A DNA stretch of 64,000 bases from a virus (Duplodnaviria; Caudoviricetes), in the IMG/VR virus record IMGVR_UViG_2846893963_000001, positions 8,675 to 72,674 of that record. One strand, 5' to 3'. Below the pieces are notes generated by a model that worked only from the letters and a program-made list of their open reading frames with translations, did not search any database and was not told the DNA's origin. This document shows, one piece after another, positions 9,827 through 19,296 of this stretch (positions within the stretch are counted from its first letter, which is position 1; each line of letters opens with the position of its first letter). Both the position numbers and the translations under genes were made by a program.

Positions 9827-10621
9827 CTACACCTGCCACACATCCTCCGGGAGAGGAGTTAGAGACACCCCGTCGCCCGGCATGGACATACTGACCGTGC
9901 GGACACTCCGGCTCAGCCATGCGAACAGTTCCGGGAACTTCTGCTCATTGACCTGCATGGGCGGGCGCCCCGGGCTGATGCTGCAAAGCTCCGACAGATC
10001 AGCGCGGCCGATACCGAAGACGAACACACTGAGTTTGCGGTCAGCCGTTAGTTCCTTCAATCGTCCCTCCAGCTCCCGGTGCCGGGCGCTGGTCGGAACC
10101 CCGTCCGTCATCACGACAAGCCAGGGCTGGTAGTATTCCACCCCGTGTGCCCGGTAGGTACGCTTGCGGCTGTCGAGTTCAGATAGAGCCAATTCGACGG
10201 CTTCACCAAGGAGCGTTTCATTCTCCTGTGACGTGGAGATCCTCAGACCTGCGTCAGATTCCCGGATCGGACCGAACTCCTTTACTGTTGCTACCGTCCG
10301 GGCGAAAGTCATCACCGCTACATCGGCGGCCAGCTTCGCCAGAGGATCGGCGAGAATATCGCTGACGAACCGCTGAAGACCAGTATTGAGCTCATCCATC
10401 CGGGTGACCATGTTATCTCCCGTGACGATATTCCAGTTGATCCCGTCAGCGTATTCCTGACGGACGATGTGTTGGTTGTCGCCCCGGATAATACCGTTCA
10501 TACTGCTGCTGGTATCCAGCAGGAAGAGAACGGGAAGCCGGGCGTTGGTGTTGTTGCTGAACTCGCGCATGGCGGCGAGCTGTTCCTGTTTGTTTGGTTG
10601 TGTCGATGATGATATAGACAT
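9827..10621 (-). CDS. TerY-like von Willebrand factor A domain protein
   Basis: MIDAS motif LLDTSSS, T-LGEAVELAL segment, YYQPWLVVMTDG. Confidence 0.85.
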   Translation of the reverse strand: MSISSSTQPNKQEQLAAMREFSNNTNARLPVLFLLDTSSSMNGIIRGDNQHIVRQEYADGINWNIVTGDNMVTRMDELNTGLQRFVSDILADPLAKLAADVAVMTFARTVATVKEFGPIRESDAGLRISTSQENETLLGEAVELALSELDSRKRTYRAHGVEYYQPWLVVMTDGVPTSARHRELEGRLKELTADRKLSVFVFGIGRADLSELCSISPGRPPMQVNEQKFPELFAWLSRSVRTVSMSMPGDGVSLTPLPEDVWQV

Positions 10622-10633
10622 GGTTTATTCAAG

Positions 10634-11860
10634 TTAATGGTTGGTGGTTGGATTCCGGGTTGCCTGATTCAATGCGCTACGACGTCGTATGCAGAGCTTG
10701 CATAGGGGGCGAGCATGAGATTGCCGTAAACGCCGTGCGACATCGTCAGGAGCCTCCCGGAAGAGAATCCCGCAGTCCGTACAGACATTGGGTGTCATCT
10801 GTACCAGCAGACTGTGGGGCGGACAGGGACGGTCGTACAGAAGATCCCGGTACATGGGATGATCCCTTCCGCCTCCCGGCTCCATATCCCTGAGGTATTG
10901 CTGCAAACAACGCGCCAGATACCCCGGCATGGCGCGTGGACGCAAATCGCGACGCTGGACACAAGTGAGGTTGTGACCGAGAGCATCGCGGAGCTTGCGG
11001 GGGAGATACGACCAGACATAGCGTCCGGGGGTATCGGGCGGGTAGAATCCCGCCGGAGGCTTGTACGAAGCAAACGGGTACGGCAGTACTCCCTTCCTGG
11101 CGGCTTCCCGCATGTCTCCTTCTCCCCCTTGACGGGCGAAGGGAGACAGGCCGAGCGTCAGCGTCATGAAGAGCAGGACGGACAGGGCGTAGGCATCGTG
11201 ACTGCGGGTGCGGAGGAAGTCTCCGTAGTTACCTCTAAGTTCCGGTGCCCGGAACCGTTCCGTGCCGACGGAACAGGGATAGTCCTCGACCTGAAAACTG
11301 TCGGCATCCACCCAGCAGATGGAGCCATCGGGAGAAACCAGCACATTGCCGGGATGCAGATCCCCAAGGATCACACCGCAACGGTGCAGCGTGTGGACGG
11401 ATGCCGACAGGTTCAGGCATAGCCTGGTCAGATCGTAACGGGTCCATGAGGGGAACTGGTTCGTCAGCAGTTCCGCATGAAACGCGAATGCCCCGAGCGG
11501 AACACCGTCCGCCCGGGGCATCAGTACGCCGACAAAACGCCGCAGCTCGTCGTACAGAATCTCACGCGGCCATGCGACGCACGGGGAACGAATGGGGCGG
11601 GAACACATCAGCCGAAGCTTCTGCTCACGCCAACGCATCCGTTGCGTTGGATGATAGAGCTTGGCAACGAGTGGCGATGCCGATACGGCATGGGCAGTGA
11701 AGACGGAACCTTCGCCGCCTTCCGCAATAGATTCTCCCAGAACGATTCGTTTCCCCTCACCTGAGAACAGAACATCCCCGGTCGAGTACTTCCTGCTATT
11801 GCCGCAGAGTTCTTCATCCAGCCGCCTCACCTGATGGCGGAGTGCATAGAATGGAGTCAT
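10634..11860 (-). CDS. Ser/Thr protein kinase-like protein (YegI/TerY-P type) with C-terminal CxxC...CxxC
   Basis: Gly loop EGGEG.V, VAKLY, catalytic loop GDLHPGNVLV, DADSFQ; CTDC...CKLC near the C-terminus. Confidence 0.8.
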   Translation of the reverse strand: MTPFYALRHQVRRLDEELCGNSRKYSTGDVLFSGEGKRIVLGESIAEGGEGSVFTAHAVSASPLVAKLYHPTQRMRWREQKLRLMCSRPIRSPCVAWPREILYDELRRFVGVLMPRADGVPLGAFAFHAELLTNQFPSWTRYDLTRLCLNLSASVHTLHRCGVILGDLHPGNVLVSPDGSICWVDADSFQVEDYPCSVGTERFRAPELRGNYGDFLRTRSHDAYALSVLLFMTLTLGLSPFARQGGEGDMREAARKGVLPYPFASYKPPAGFYPPDTPGRYVWSYLPRKLRDALGHNLTCVQRRDLRPRAMPGYLARCLQQYLRDMEPGGGRDHPMYRDLLYDRPCPPHSLLVQMTPNVCTDCGILFREAPDDVARRLRQSHARPLCKLCIRRRSALNQATRNPTTNH

Positions 11861-11978
11861 GGAAACATGACGGCGGGTAATAAGCCGTCACATATAGATG
11901 ACGCGGAGGGAATAAATTTTTCAATTATGATTGATAAAAAATGGATATGGAAACATTTTATCAATCATATTAGGACAT

Positions 11979-12985
11979 TCATCCTATGTCTTGATTCATG
12001 ATGCCATTGATCGTGCTCATCAATGAATCAAAAGGCTCCGGTTCATCAAAGAGCATGGCTGAAGTCTGTTCGTAGTCCCTTTGCCATTTTTCTCGCAATT
12101 CAAGAGCATCCGGGATCAGTTTCAAATCCGAGGGAAGCAATGTATCGTAATCGACCCATGTCTGCCAATGGTAGAGCTTACGTTTGTCCCTTACATCGAA
12201 GAATAGCTCCTTATCAACATATCCCGCTCGGATAAGGGCTGCCACATCATAATAGTGGAGTGCCAGCCTGGCCTTGATATTCCATCCTTCATGCGGACGG
12301 GTATTATTCTCATGGAAATGAAACACTTCTCCCAGAATGTTCGGAAAGGGCTAATCGTTCGTACTTCAGTCGAATCTGAAAACTCCGGAAATCCTTCCCC
12401 AATGTAAGAATCGACCATCCTGGCTTCGGATGGTTCCGTCTGAGCTCTCCCGCTCAATTCGATTTTGACAAAAGGACGAATGTAGAGGCTTTCATTCTGT
12501 TCGAACAAGGATGGATAATGGATTAAGAGGACAAATGGATCACGGGCCGTGGACAGATCTTCCAACTCGATATGCACATTCTTGATTCCCATTTCTTTCA
12601 TCCTCTCCTCCATGAGAGTCTGGAGAACATGCTCCATCATCCTCCGGTAGTGGGGGCGAATCTTACGCAATGTAGCATCCCTCTGGCTGGCGGATTGAAA
12701 CGCTGTCGGCTTATCTTCTTCACCCAGTTCAGCGAAGAAACAAGGAGATAACGCAACATCGATATCCTCAGAGAAACGGCGTATGATCCTGTACGCTTTG
12801 GAGAGGGACGTCCCGCCTCTGAAGCATAGATAAGGCTTCAAGGAGTCTTCCCGAAAAAGGATATTCAGAGCCCGGCATACCCAGAAATCCTTTTCAACAA
12901 TAGAAGGAATGATACCCAGCTGCTCGCCAATGTGGCGGCACAGGAATATTCGATCTTCGGATGGGAGACTGAGGAAATCACTCAT
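11979..12985 (-). pseudogene. abiEii: AbiEii-type nucleotidyltransferase toxin, split by a 1-bp frameshift
   Basis: EKDFWV, FRGGTSLSKAY, RFSEDID and RTFWEK motifs in 12191-12985. The C-terminal half (HE..RP..RHYYD-like) is in another frame (11979-12326). One base is missing near 12315-12319. Confidence 0.8.
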
Positions 12986-13604
12986 GAGAGACAGGGGGCG
13001 CTATGACTTGTTGTAGAATGGGGCGCATCCATACAGGAACAAGATCCATATCACGAGATAATTGTTCCTTTTCCGTATCGGAAAGCCGTTTGGTTAATTG
13101 AGTGACAACAAAATCACGATCTATCGACTTCCTGCCCAGCGAGCGCAACGCTTGAACGACCAATCCCGTAATACTCCCCGACAGGCGCATCAGTTTCGGA
13201 GATGTCTTCTTGAAGCGGAGTTTCCATCCACCTACGTGAACCGTTGCAGAAGGTCGATCCGTCAAATACTCGTACCGCCCGGCCATTTGGTCGGAAAGCC
13301 ACAAAGCGTTAGCGGCATGGATTCCATTAGGTAAAAGACGAGCTTCATTTTTCCTTGCCCAGGCTTTCGCTACCTGTTCCGGGTCAGTTGGTACAGGCAA
13401 ATTAAATCTCTTGTTGGTCGCCGGTATCTCATAAATACCTGGAAGGATACGCTTGAGCTCGCCATCCCTTGCCATGCGAGAAAGCGCTTGATCTACTGCT
13501 GTCCTGGGCCAGAACGCAAGAAAATCGGAAGAGGTGATAACCTCTCCTTTTGCCTTCTCGGAAAATAGTTTTTCCCTCAGCTGGCTCCTGATGCTCCCCT
13601 TCAT
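12978..13604 (-). CDS. AbiEi-type (DUF6088-like) antitoxin / winged-helix regulator
   Basis: SDF...RTAVDQALSRM...G.LKRILPGIY wHTH; AAN.L.LS.Q....Y.TD; overlaps the AbiEii start. Confidence 0.8.
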   Translation of the reverse strand: MKGSIRSQLREKLFSEKAKGEVITSSDFLAFWPRTAVDQALSRMARDGELKRILPGIYEIPATNKRFNLPVPTDPEQVAKAWARKNEARLLPNGIHAANALWLSDQMAGRYEYLTDRPSATVHVGGWKLRFKKTSPKLMRLSGSITGLVVQALRSLGRKSIDRDFVVTQLTKRLSDTEKEQLSRDMDLVPVWMRPILQQVIAPPVSHE

Positions 13605-13649
13605 GATTAAAAAGTATTGTTTATCTGACTAAAATGACTGAAGCAAAGA

Positions 13650-14990
13650 TCAACTAACCGCATCGGGAATGATAGAAAGGTATGCTTCAGCATCCTTACG
13701 GGAAACACCCTGCCTGTAGTGGGATTCGGTCATCTGCGTTCCACTATGTCCCATCCAGCGGGCAACATCCGGCAAGGGATGGAGAGCTGCCTGATAGGAA
13801 GCGAATGAGTGTCGCAACGCATTCTTTGGTATCGTGATGCCGGCTTTGGCTGCCAGCTGGTCCAGGCGATAGCCATATCTGAGTTCGTCATCCCGGGTCA
13901 TTGGCTCCCATTCGCCTGCGGCCAGCCATGCCTTGATTTGCGGGGAGGTGGGTATGTAACGATCCTTCGTTTTCCCCTTGGGTCCCTTCGCGATCTCACG
14001 CGAAACAAAGATATCGTCATGTCCATCCGGTTTGTCCTTGTATTGAACAACCTCTGAACGTCTTAGCCCGCACAATCCCTGTAGGACAATACGGGAAAGC
14101 ATGGGGCGGTCATCTTTTAATGCCGCCTCAAGCAATTTCCGGAATTCGTCCGGGGTAAGAATCCCGATAGAGATGTGATCCCTGGAAGGAGCGACGGTCA
14201 AGGAGACCGGGTTTTTCTGAATCAGATCGTGCTGAATGGCCCAGAGAAAAAAGGCATTCAGCGTACCGCGGTACCTGTATTTGCTGGTATTCGAGAGGGG
14301 CTTTCCCTGATACCGGAACGAATCCAGTTTGTCATTGATTTCGGCGGCGGTGATTGATGACAACTCCCGGTTGGTCCAGCCTTGCTGCCATTTATCGAGT
14401 TCATGAAGGACGTTCTTATGATGGGCCGGCTGGCATTGGCCCCGATCCAACATCAGCTGCCTCTCCTTTCGATACTGAGCCATGGCGTCATCCAGAGATA
14501 TACCCGCCGGGGGTGGTTTCGGGGCAGTAATGTCAACATGATCAGCAATGACGCTTAATTGTGATCCGAGTAAATCCTTGATTTCCTGCTCTTTGGTATC
14601 CGTGAGAGCATCTTTCCACCACGAAAGGAGATCAGATGCAAATGCCTTCACCTCTTCCGGATCTTCATGCTGGTACAAATATTGAAGCGTATGTTGCAGA
14701 AGGTTGTTGTTCTTTCCAAATTTTCTCCACAAGCGGATAGCGAACATTTCGACCACGGATTCTCCCTCTGCAACCATATTGAATATTGCCAGGGCATCGT
14801 CGATATGCCCCTTGTCATACATATCGTAGAGAGCCCGGGCTTCGTCGTAATCGCGAAAGGTGCGCTCTTTCCATTCTCCCGTGTCCTTGTCAACAAAGCG
14901 GAGCCGCCAGACTGAAGGGCGGCCTTTCTTCTTCACTTCAGTGAGTTTGACTTTGCTGCCATATCGGCCTTTGGCATGCTTCCTCTTCAT
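13650..14990 (-). CDS. int: Tyrosine recombinase / integrase
   Basis: Catalytic motifs GLRRSEV, K, LRHSFASY, MGHS...TESHY; adjacent to the tRNA-derived att site. Confidence 0.9.
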   Translation of the reverse strand: MKRKHAKGRYGSKVKLTEVKKKGRPSVWRLRFVDKDTGEWKERTFRDYDEARALYDMYDKGHIDDALAIFNMVAEGESVVEMFAIRLWRKFGKNNNLLQHTLQYLYQHEDPEEVKAFASDLLSWWKDALTDTKEQEIKDLLGSQLSVIADHVDITAPKPPPAGISLDDAMAQYRKERQLMLDRGQCQPAHHKNVLHELDKWQQGWTNRELSSITAAEINDKLDSFRYQGKPLSNTSKYRYRGTLNAFFLWAIQHDLIQKNPVSLTVAPSRDHISIGILTPDEFRKLLEAALKDDRPMLSRIVLQGLCGLRRSEVVQYKDKPDGHDDIFVSREIAKGPKGKTKDRYIPTSPQIKAWLAAGEWEPMTRDDELRYGYRLDQLAAKAGITIPKNALRHSFASYQAALHPLPDVARWMGHSGTQMTESHYRQGVSRKDAEAYLSIIPDAVS

Positions 14991-15086
14991 GTAACGAGAG
15001 TAATGGTTTACAGAAAAAGTTTCAAGACGAATTGGGGGACAAACTGGGGGACATATTCATATATAATTGAAAATAAATATAATTGT

Positions 15087-15145
15087 TTAGACTAAGGATC
15101 TAGTGGTGATAAACCGTAGGGGTTCGAGTCCCCTCCCGAGCACCA
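15087..15145 (+). repeat. 3' half of a tRNA-Leu, probable att site of the island
   Basis: Anticodon-like arm, long variable arm GGT-GATAA-ACC, T-arm AGGGG-TTCGAGT-CCCCT, then CCCGAGC-A-CCA. No 5' acceptor strand or D-arm upstream, only AT-rich sequence. Confidence 0.8.
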
Positions 15146-15156
15146 TCCTCTTTCAT

Positions 15157-15191
15157 ACCGCAAGTTGCTGGTTTTCAGCTCTTGCGGTTTT
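15157..15191 (+). terminator. Hairpin plus T-run after the tRNA fragment
   Basis: ACCGCAAG...CTTGCGGT followed by TTT. Confidence 0.55.
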
Positions 15192-15356
15192 CGTTTGCCG
15201 GCGGCGGGAAAATAAGCCGCAACACATTTTTTATCAACAGGGGAGGGCATGCGCTATAAAAAGAAAGGCATTTCCCCACTTCCGGCCCCCCCGAACTCTT
15301 ACTTGCCGGAAACAATCCGGACGTAATCAGTAAAGGATTGGCCCTTACGGCATCCG

Positions 15357-16319
15357 TTAAAAACCCTCCGCCATCAGGGCCACGGCTTCTTCACGGCTCG
15401 GCATGGAACGGATGGCTCCCTTGCGTGTCGTCACAATGGAAGCGGCGGCATTGGCGAATAAAAGCATGTCCGCCAACTGGCCTTCCGTCAGGTTTTCCAG
15501 CCCGGTTTCCAAAATCCGGTCCAGGCAGCATCCCAAAAAGGCGTCTCCGGCTCCTGTTGTGTCAATAGTCTTGACATTCAAGTACGTAGGCTGGTGAATA
15601 AGTTTGCTTTCATAGGCAGCCCAGCTTCCTTTTCTGCCCCCCGTCACCAGAATAAGGCGCAAATTGTCGAACTCCCTCTGCAAAATCCTCAATCCTTCTT
15701 CCATGGTGGCGCAGCCGGTGAGAAAGAAAAGTTCCTCCATTTCTATTTTCATGATGCCGCATGCGCCGCATCCGTAGAGCATTTGTTCCCGGGCCAGTTT
15801 CATATCAGGCCACAGGGGCGGACGGAGATTGGGGTCAAAAGAGATGAGTTCTCCTTTTTTCCGCGCATGGCTGACGGCATGCCGGGTAGCCCTCCGAACA
15901 TCATCATGCGTCATGGAAATCGTCCCGAAATGGAAGACGCGCGCGTGCTCCACCAATTCAAGGTCCACTTCTCCCGCAGTCAGCTTCATATCGGCGCCGG
16001 GATTACGGTAAAAGGAAAATTCACGGTCTCCGTGTTCGTCAATCTGAACGAAAGCCAACGTCGTATTGACTTCCCGGGATGCGACGAGACCTGAATCTCC
16101 GATGCCTTCTTCCTGAAGCGTGCGGCGAAGCATTTTCCCGAACATGTCGTGGCCCACCTTGCCAATAAAGGAGGTTTTGCGCCCGAGCCTGGACAGCATG
16201 GACAGGACGTTGCAGGGCGCTCCGCCCGGATTGGCCTGATAAACGGGCAGTTCCCGGTCATTTATTCCGCAGGGAGTGAAGTCTATCAGCAATTCTCCGA
16301 GAGCTACGACGTCATACAT
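15357..16319 (-). CDS. PfkB-family carbohydrate kinase (fructokinase-like)
   Basis: Start MYDVVALGELLIDF at 16319; GGAP.NV, G.VG.D.FG and DTTGAGDAF signatures. Confidence 0.92.
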   Translation of the reverse strand: MYDVVALGELLIDFTPCGINDRELPVYQANPGGAPCNVLSMLSRLGRKTSFIGKVGHDMFGKMLRRTLQEEGIGDSGLVASREVNTTLAFVQIDEHGDREFSFYRNPGADMKLTAGEVDLELVEHARVFHFGTISMTHDDVRRATRHAVSHARKKGELISFDPNLRPPLWPDMKLAREQMLYGCGACGIMKIEMEELFFLTGCATMEEGLRILQREFDNLRLILVTGGRKGSWAAYESKLIHQPTYLNVKTIDTTGAGDAFLGCCLDRILETGLENLTEGQLADMLLFANAAASIVTTRKGAIRSMPSREEAVALMAEGF

Positions 16320-16731
16320 GCTTTTGCAAATGTTGAAAGTAAACCTTCCGGCGAAATATAAACCGGGAGAGATAAAGAAGCATAGAACGCGACGGCCTTG
16401 CGGGAAAAGGAAAAAGAGATTCATTCCAGTCATGGCGGAAAAGGAATTTCCCCTTTTATCCCGCCCTGCAGAAACCTCGAAGGTTGATGGAGCATCCGAA
16501 TGTGAACAAGTATGGCATATATCCCTAACGCCCTCCACTCAGGAAATGCCCCCTTACGGGCATTTATGGGCGCGACTTCTTCTGCTCCCTCCCATTCCTC
16601 CGCAACAAACACGCATTTTCAAGGCATTTCAAGCTTCTTTAAGAGAATTCAACCCTTTTCAAGCATGTGTGATGGTCACAGTATTCCGCATTTTTCTTCA
16701 TGATTCCCTTCCCATCCTGTAATATGCGCCC

Positions 16732-17235
16732 ATGCAAGAAAAAAGCAGCGGCTTTCAATGGCCCGCACAGTGGACCCCCGATATTCTCGCCACGTTAATG
16801 TTCGTGGTGCAGAAAGGAAGGATTCTCCTGATACGCAAAAAGAGGGGAATCGGCGCGGGCAAGGTGAACGGCCCCGGCGGAAAGTTTGAACCGGGGGAAA
16901 CGGCCCTGCAATGCGTTTTGCGGGAAGTTCGGGAAGAGCTTCACATTGATATTGAGGATGCCCGGGAAATGGGCGTGCTGAATTTTTCCTTTGCCTGCGG
17001 CACCATTCCGGAAATCCGCTGCCATGTGTTTATGGCGACGTCTTTTACAGGCACCCCCACGGAAACCCCCGAGGCGGAGCCCTTCTGGTGTCCGGTGGAC
17101 GGGATTCCCTATGACCTCATGTGGCAGGATGACCGGTTCTGGCTGCCCGCCATGCTGGACGGGAAACGGTTTGAGGCGTTTTTCACGTTCGAGGGGGACC
17201 GGATGATGGAATTTTCCCTGAAAACCGGGGATTGA
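16732..17235 (+). CDS. Nudix hydrolase (8-oxo-dGTP diphosphatase, MTH1-like)
   Basis: Nudix box GGKFEPGETALQCVLREVREE; MW.DD.FWLP C-terminus. Confidence 0.88.
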   Translation: MQEKSSGFQWPAQWTPDILATLMFVVQKGRILLIRKKRGIGAGKVNGPGGKFEPGETALQCVLREVREELHIDIEDAREMGVLNFSFACGTIPEIRCHVFMATSFTGTPTETPEAEPFWCPVDGIPYDLMWQDDRFWLPAMLDGKRFEAFFTFEGDRMMEFSLKTGD

Positions 17236-18082
17236 ACCGCCAAGAAACCCCAGGTTGCGGCCTCCTCCCTTTAAGCCGGATGGGGAACGCTGAACTTTTT
17301 TTATTCCGTCCTTCCCCACGGAGGCAACAGATTCAGAAGGAGGGGGAAACAGTACTGCCCGGCGCTCCAGAAAAGATTCCCTGAAATTCACCTGAAGGTG
17401 GGGGGCAAAGAGGGGGCATTTGCCCCTGAAGACCATTCTGAACAGCAGCTAACGTTGAAGGGCCGGCTTCCGAAAAAAATGGACCTTTCCCCTTGTACCG
17501 GGATACATCATATTCATCTCCTTCCCTCCAGGTATCCTGAAACGGATCATAGGAATTGCTCCGGACGCCAGCATCGCAGAGATTTCCCCATGGCGTCCAG
17601 AAAAAGGAAAGTTCTCCCTGCCGGAAACCGGTTCCGGCTTGAGGTTCATGCGAAGGGCTGGAATTCAGCCAAATCCGCGGCTTCGTAAGAAAACGGGGGG
17701 GATGGTTGCATAACCGGACCGGTAATGGAGGTTTAAGGGAGCAAATCAGCTCCGGCCTTTATTTTTTCCAAGCGCATCCGAATATCCACTGGTGCATCAA
17801 ATCCCTTTTCCGTAAACGGGCGTGGGCTTTTCTTTTTGCCCGGTATCCGGGAAATGCTGATTTTTCCGATGTTTTGCCTTCTTTTTCAGGTAATGCGCGG
17901 ATGCCTGCGCCCTTGCCGCTTTTTTACTTTGCACGGGGAAAGGACGGCTCCCGCCTCCGGGCATCAAGCCGTATTCTTTAAGCTTTTCCTCCCGCTTCCG
18001 TTGTGATAATGATGCGGGAGCAACCGTGTGATCCTTGATCGTTCACTTGCTGACTATTTCAATTCATATTCCATTATTCAAC

Positions 18083-19282
18083 ATGTATACCCCCGAATTC
18101 AAAAACATCCTCACTTCCACCCTGGACGGACTGCGTGCGGAAGGACTTTACAAGGAAGAACGCTTTATCGCCTCCCAGCAGTACTCCCAGGTGACGCTGA
18201 AGGACGGACGCTCCGTCATCAACATGTGCGCCAATAATTATCTGGGCCTTGCTAATAATCCGGAAGTGATGGAAGCCGCCAAGAAAGCCATCGACCAGTG
18301 GGGTTTCGGCATGGCGTCCGTGCGTTTTATCTGCGGCACGCAGACCCTTCACCGTCAATTGGAAGAACGTCTTACCCAATTTCTCGGCACGGAAGACACG
18401 ATTCTGTTTCCCTCCTGCTTTGACGCCAACGGCGGGCTGTTTGAAGGCCTCCTGACTGCAGACGACGCTATTATTTCCGATTCCCTGAACCACGCTTCCA
18501 TTATTGACGGCGTGCGCCTCTGCAAAGCCAAGCGCTTCCGTTATGCCAACAACGACATGGCAGACCTGGAAGCCAAGCTCCAGGAAGCGGACGCCGCCGG
18601 AGCGCGCGTGAAGTTGATTTCCACGGACGGCGTCTTTTCCATGGACGGCATCATTGCTCAGCTGGACAAGATTCACGAGCTGGCAGCCAAGTACAATGCC
18701 ATTGTCCACTTTGACGACTGCCACGCCACGGGCTTCCTGGGCGAAAAGGGCCGCGGCACGCATGAATACCGTGGACTGTTCGGCCATATAGACATCACCA
18801 CCGGTACCCTGGGCAAGGCACTGGGAGGCGCTTCCGGCGGCTACGTCTCCGGCCCGAAGGAAGTAGTGGATGTCCTGCGCCAGAAGGCGCGCCCGTACCT
18901 GTTCTCCAACAGCGTGGCCCCGGCTATCGTAGCCGCTTCCATCAAAGTGCTGGACCTGTTGGAACAGTCCACGGAAGCGCGCGACCGCGTAGAAGCCAAT
19001 ACCAAGTATTTCCGTGACGCCATGACGGGAGCCGGATTCACCATCGGCGGCAAGGACCACCCCATTTCCCCGGTCATGTTGGGGGATGCCGTCCTGTCCC
19101 AGAAATTCTCCGCCCAGCTTTTGGACGAAGGAGTGTACGCCGTCGGCTTCTTCTATCCCGTCGTTCCCAAGGGACAGGCCCGCATCCGCACGCAGATTTC
19201 TGCGGCCCATACCCGCGAACAGCTGGACAAGGCGATTGAGGCCTTCTGCAAGGTAGGTAAAAACCTGGGCGTTATTTCCTGA
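18083..19282 (+). CDS. kbl: Glycine C-acetyltransferase (2-amino-3-ketobutyrate CoA ligase)
   Basis: [58 protein letters not shown]; start ATG at 18083. Confidence 0.95.
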   Translation: MYTPEFKNILTSTLDGLRAEGLYKEERFIASQQYSQVTLKDGRSVINMCANNYLGLANNPEVMEAAKKAIDQWGFGMASVRFICGTQTLHRQLEERLTQFLGTEDTILFPSCFDANGGLFEGLLTADDAIISDSLNHASIIDGVRLCKAKRFRYANNDMADLEAKLQEADAAGARVKLISTDGVFSMDGIIAQLDKIHELAAKYNAIVHFDDCHATGFLGEKGRGTHEYRGLFGHIDITTGTLGKALGGASGGYVSGPKEVVDVLRQKARPYLFSNSVAPAIVAASIKVLDLLEQSTEARDRVEANTKYFRDAMTGAGFTIGGKDHPISPVMLGDAVLSQKFSAQLLDEGVYAVGFFYPVVPKGQARIRTQISAAHTREQLDKAIEAFCKVGKNLGVIS

Positions 19283-19296
19283 TTCCCGCGCTTTCC

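Larger units (their letters stand above)
1..15145. mobile_element. Right end of a tRNA-Leu-integrated genomic island / ICE
   Basis: Integrase next to the tRNA fragment; cargo of toxin, TA and defence-like genes; housekeeping genes resume to the right. Confidence 0.8.

Noticed and set aside
15058-15145. Intact tRNA-Leu gene
   Set aside because: The 5' acceptor strand and D-arm are missing; treated as an att fragment.
16320-16538. ORF-track N-terminal extensions (PfkB here; also 28813-28857, 32756-32854, 38797-38847, 56783-56944, 58719-58787)
   Set aside because: Low-complexity upstream in-frame sequence; downstream ATGs match domain starts, RBSs or stop-start overlaps better.
17236-18082. 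Riboswitch or gene upstream of kbl
   Set aside because: No glycine-riboswitch consensus recognisable by eye. A minus-strand open frame (about 17330-17760) has no plausible start near its 5' end and no motifs. An Infernal/Rfam scan would settle it.
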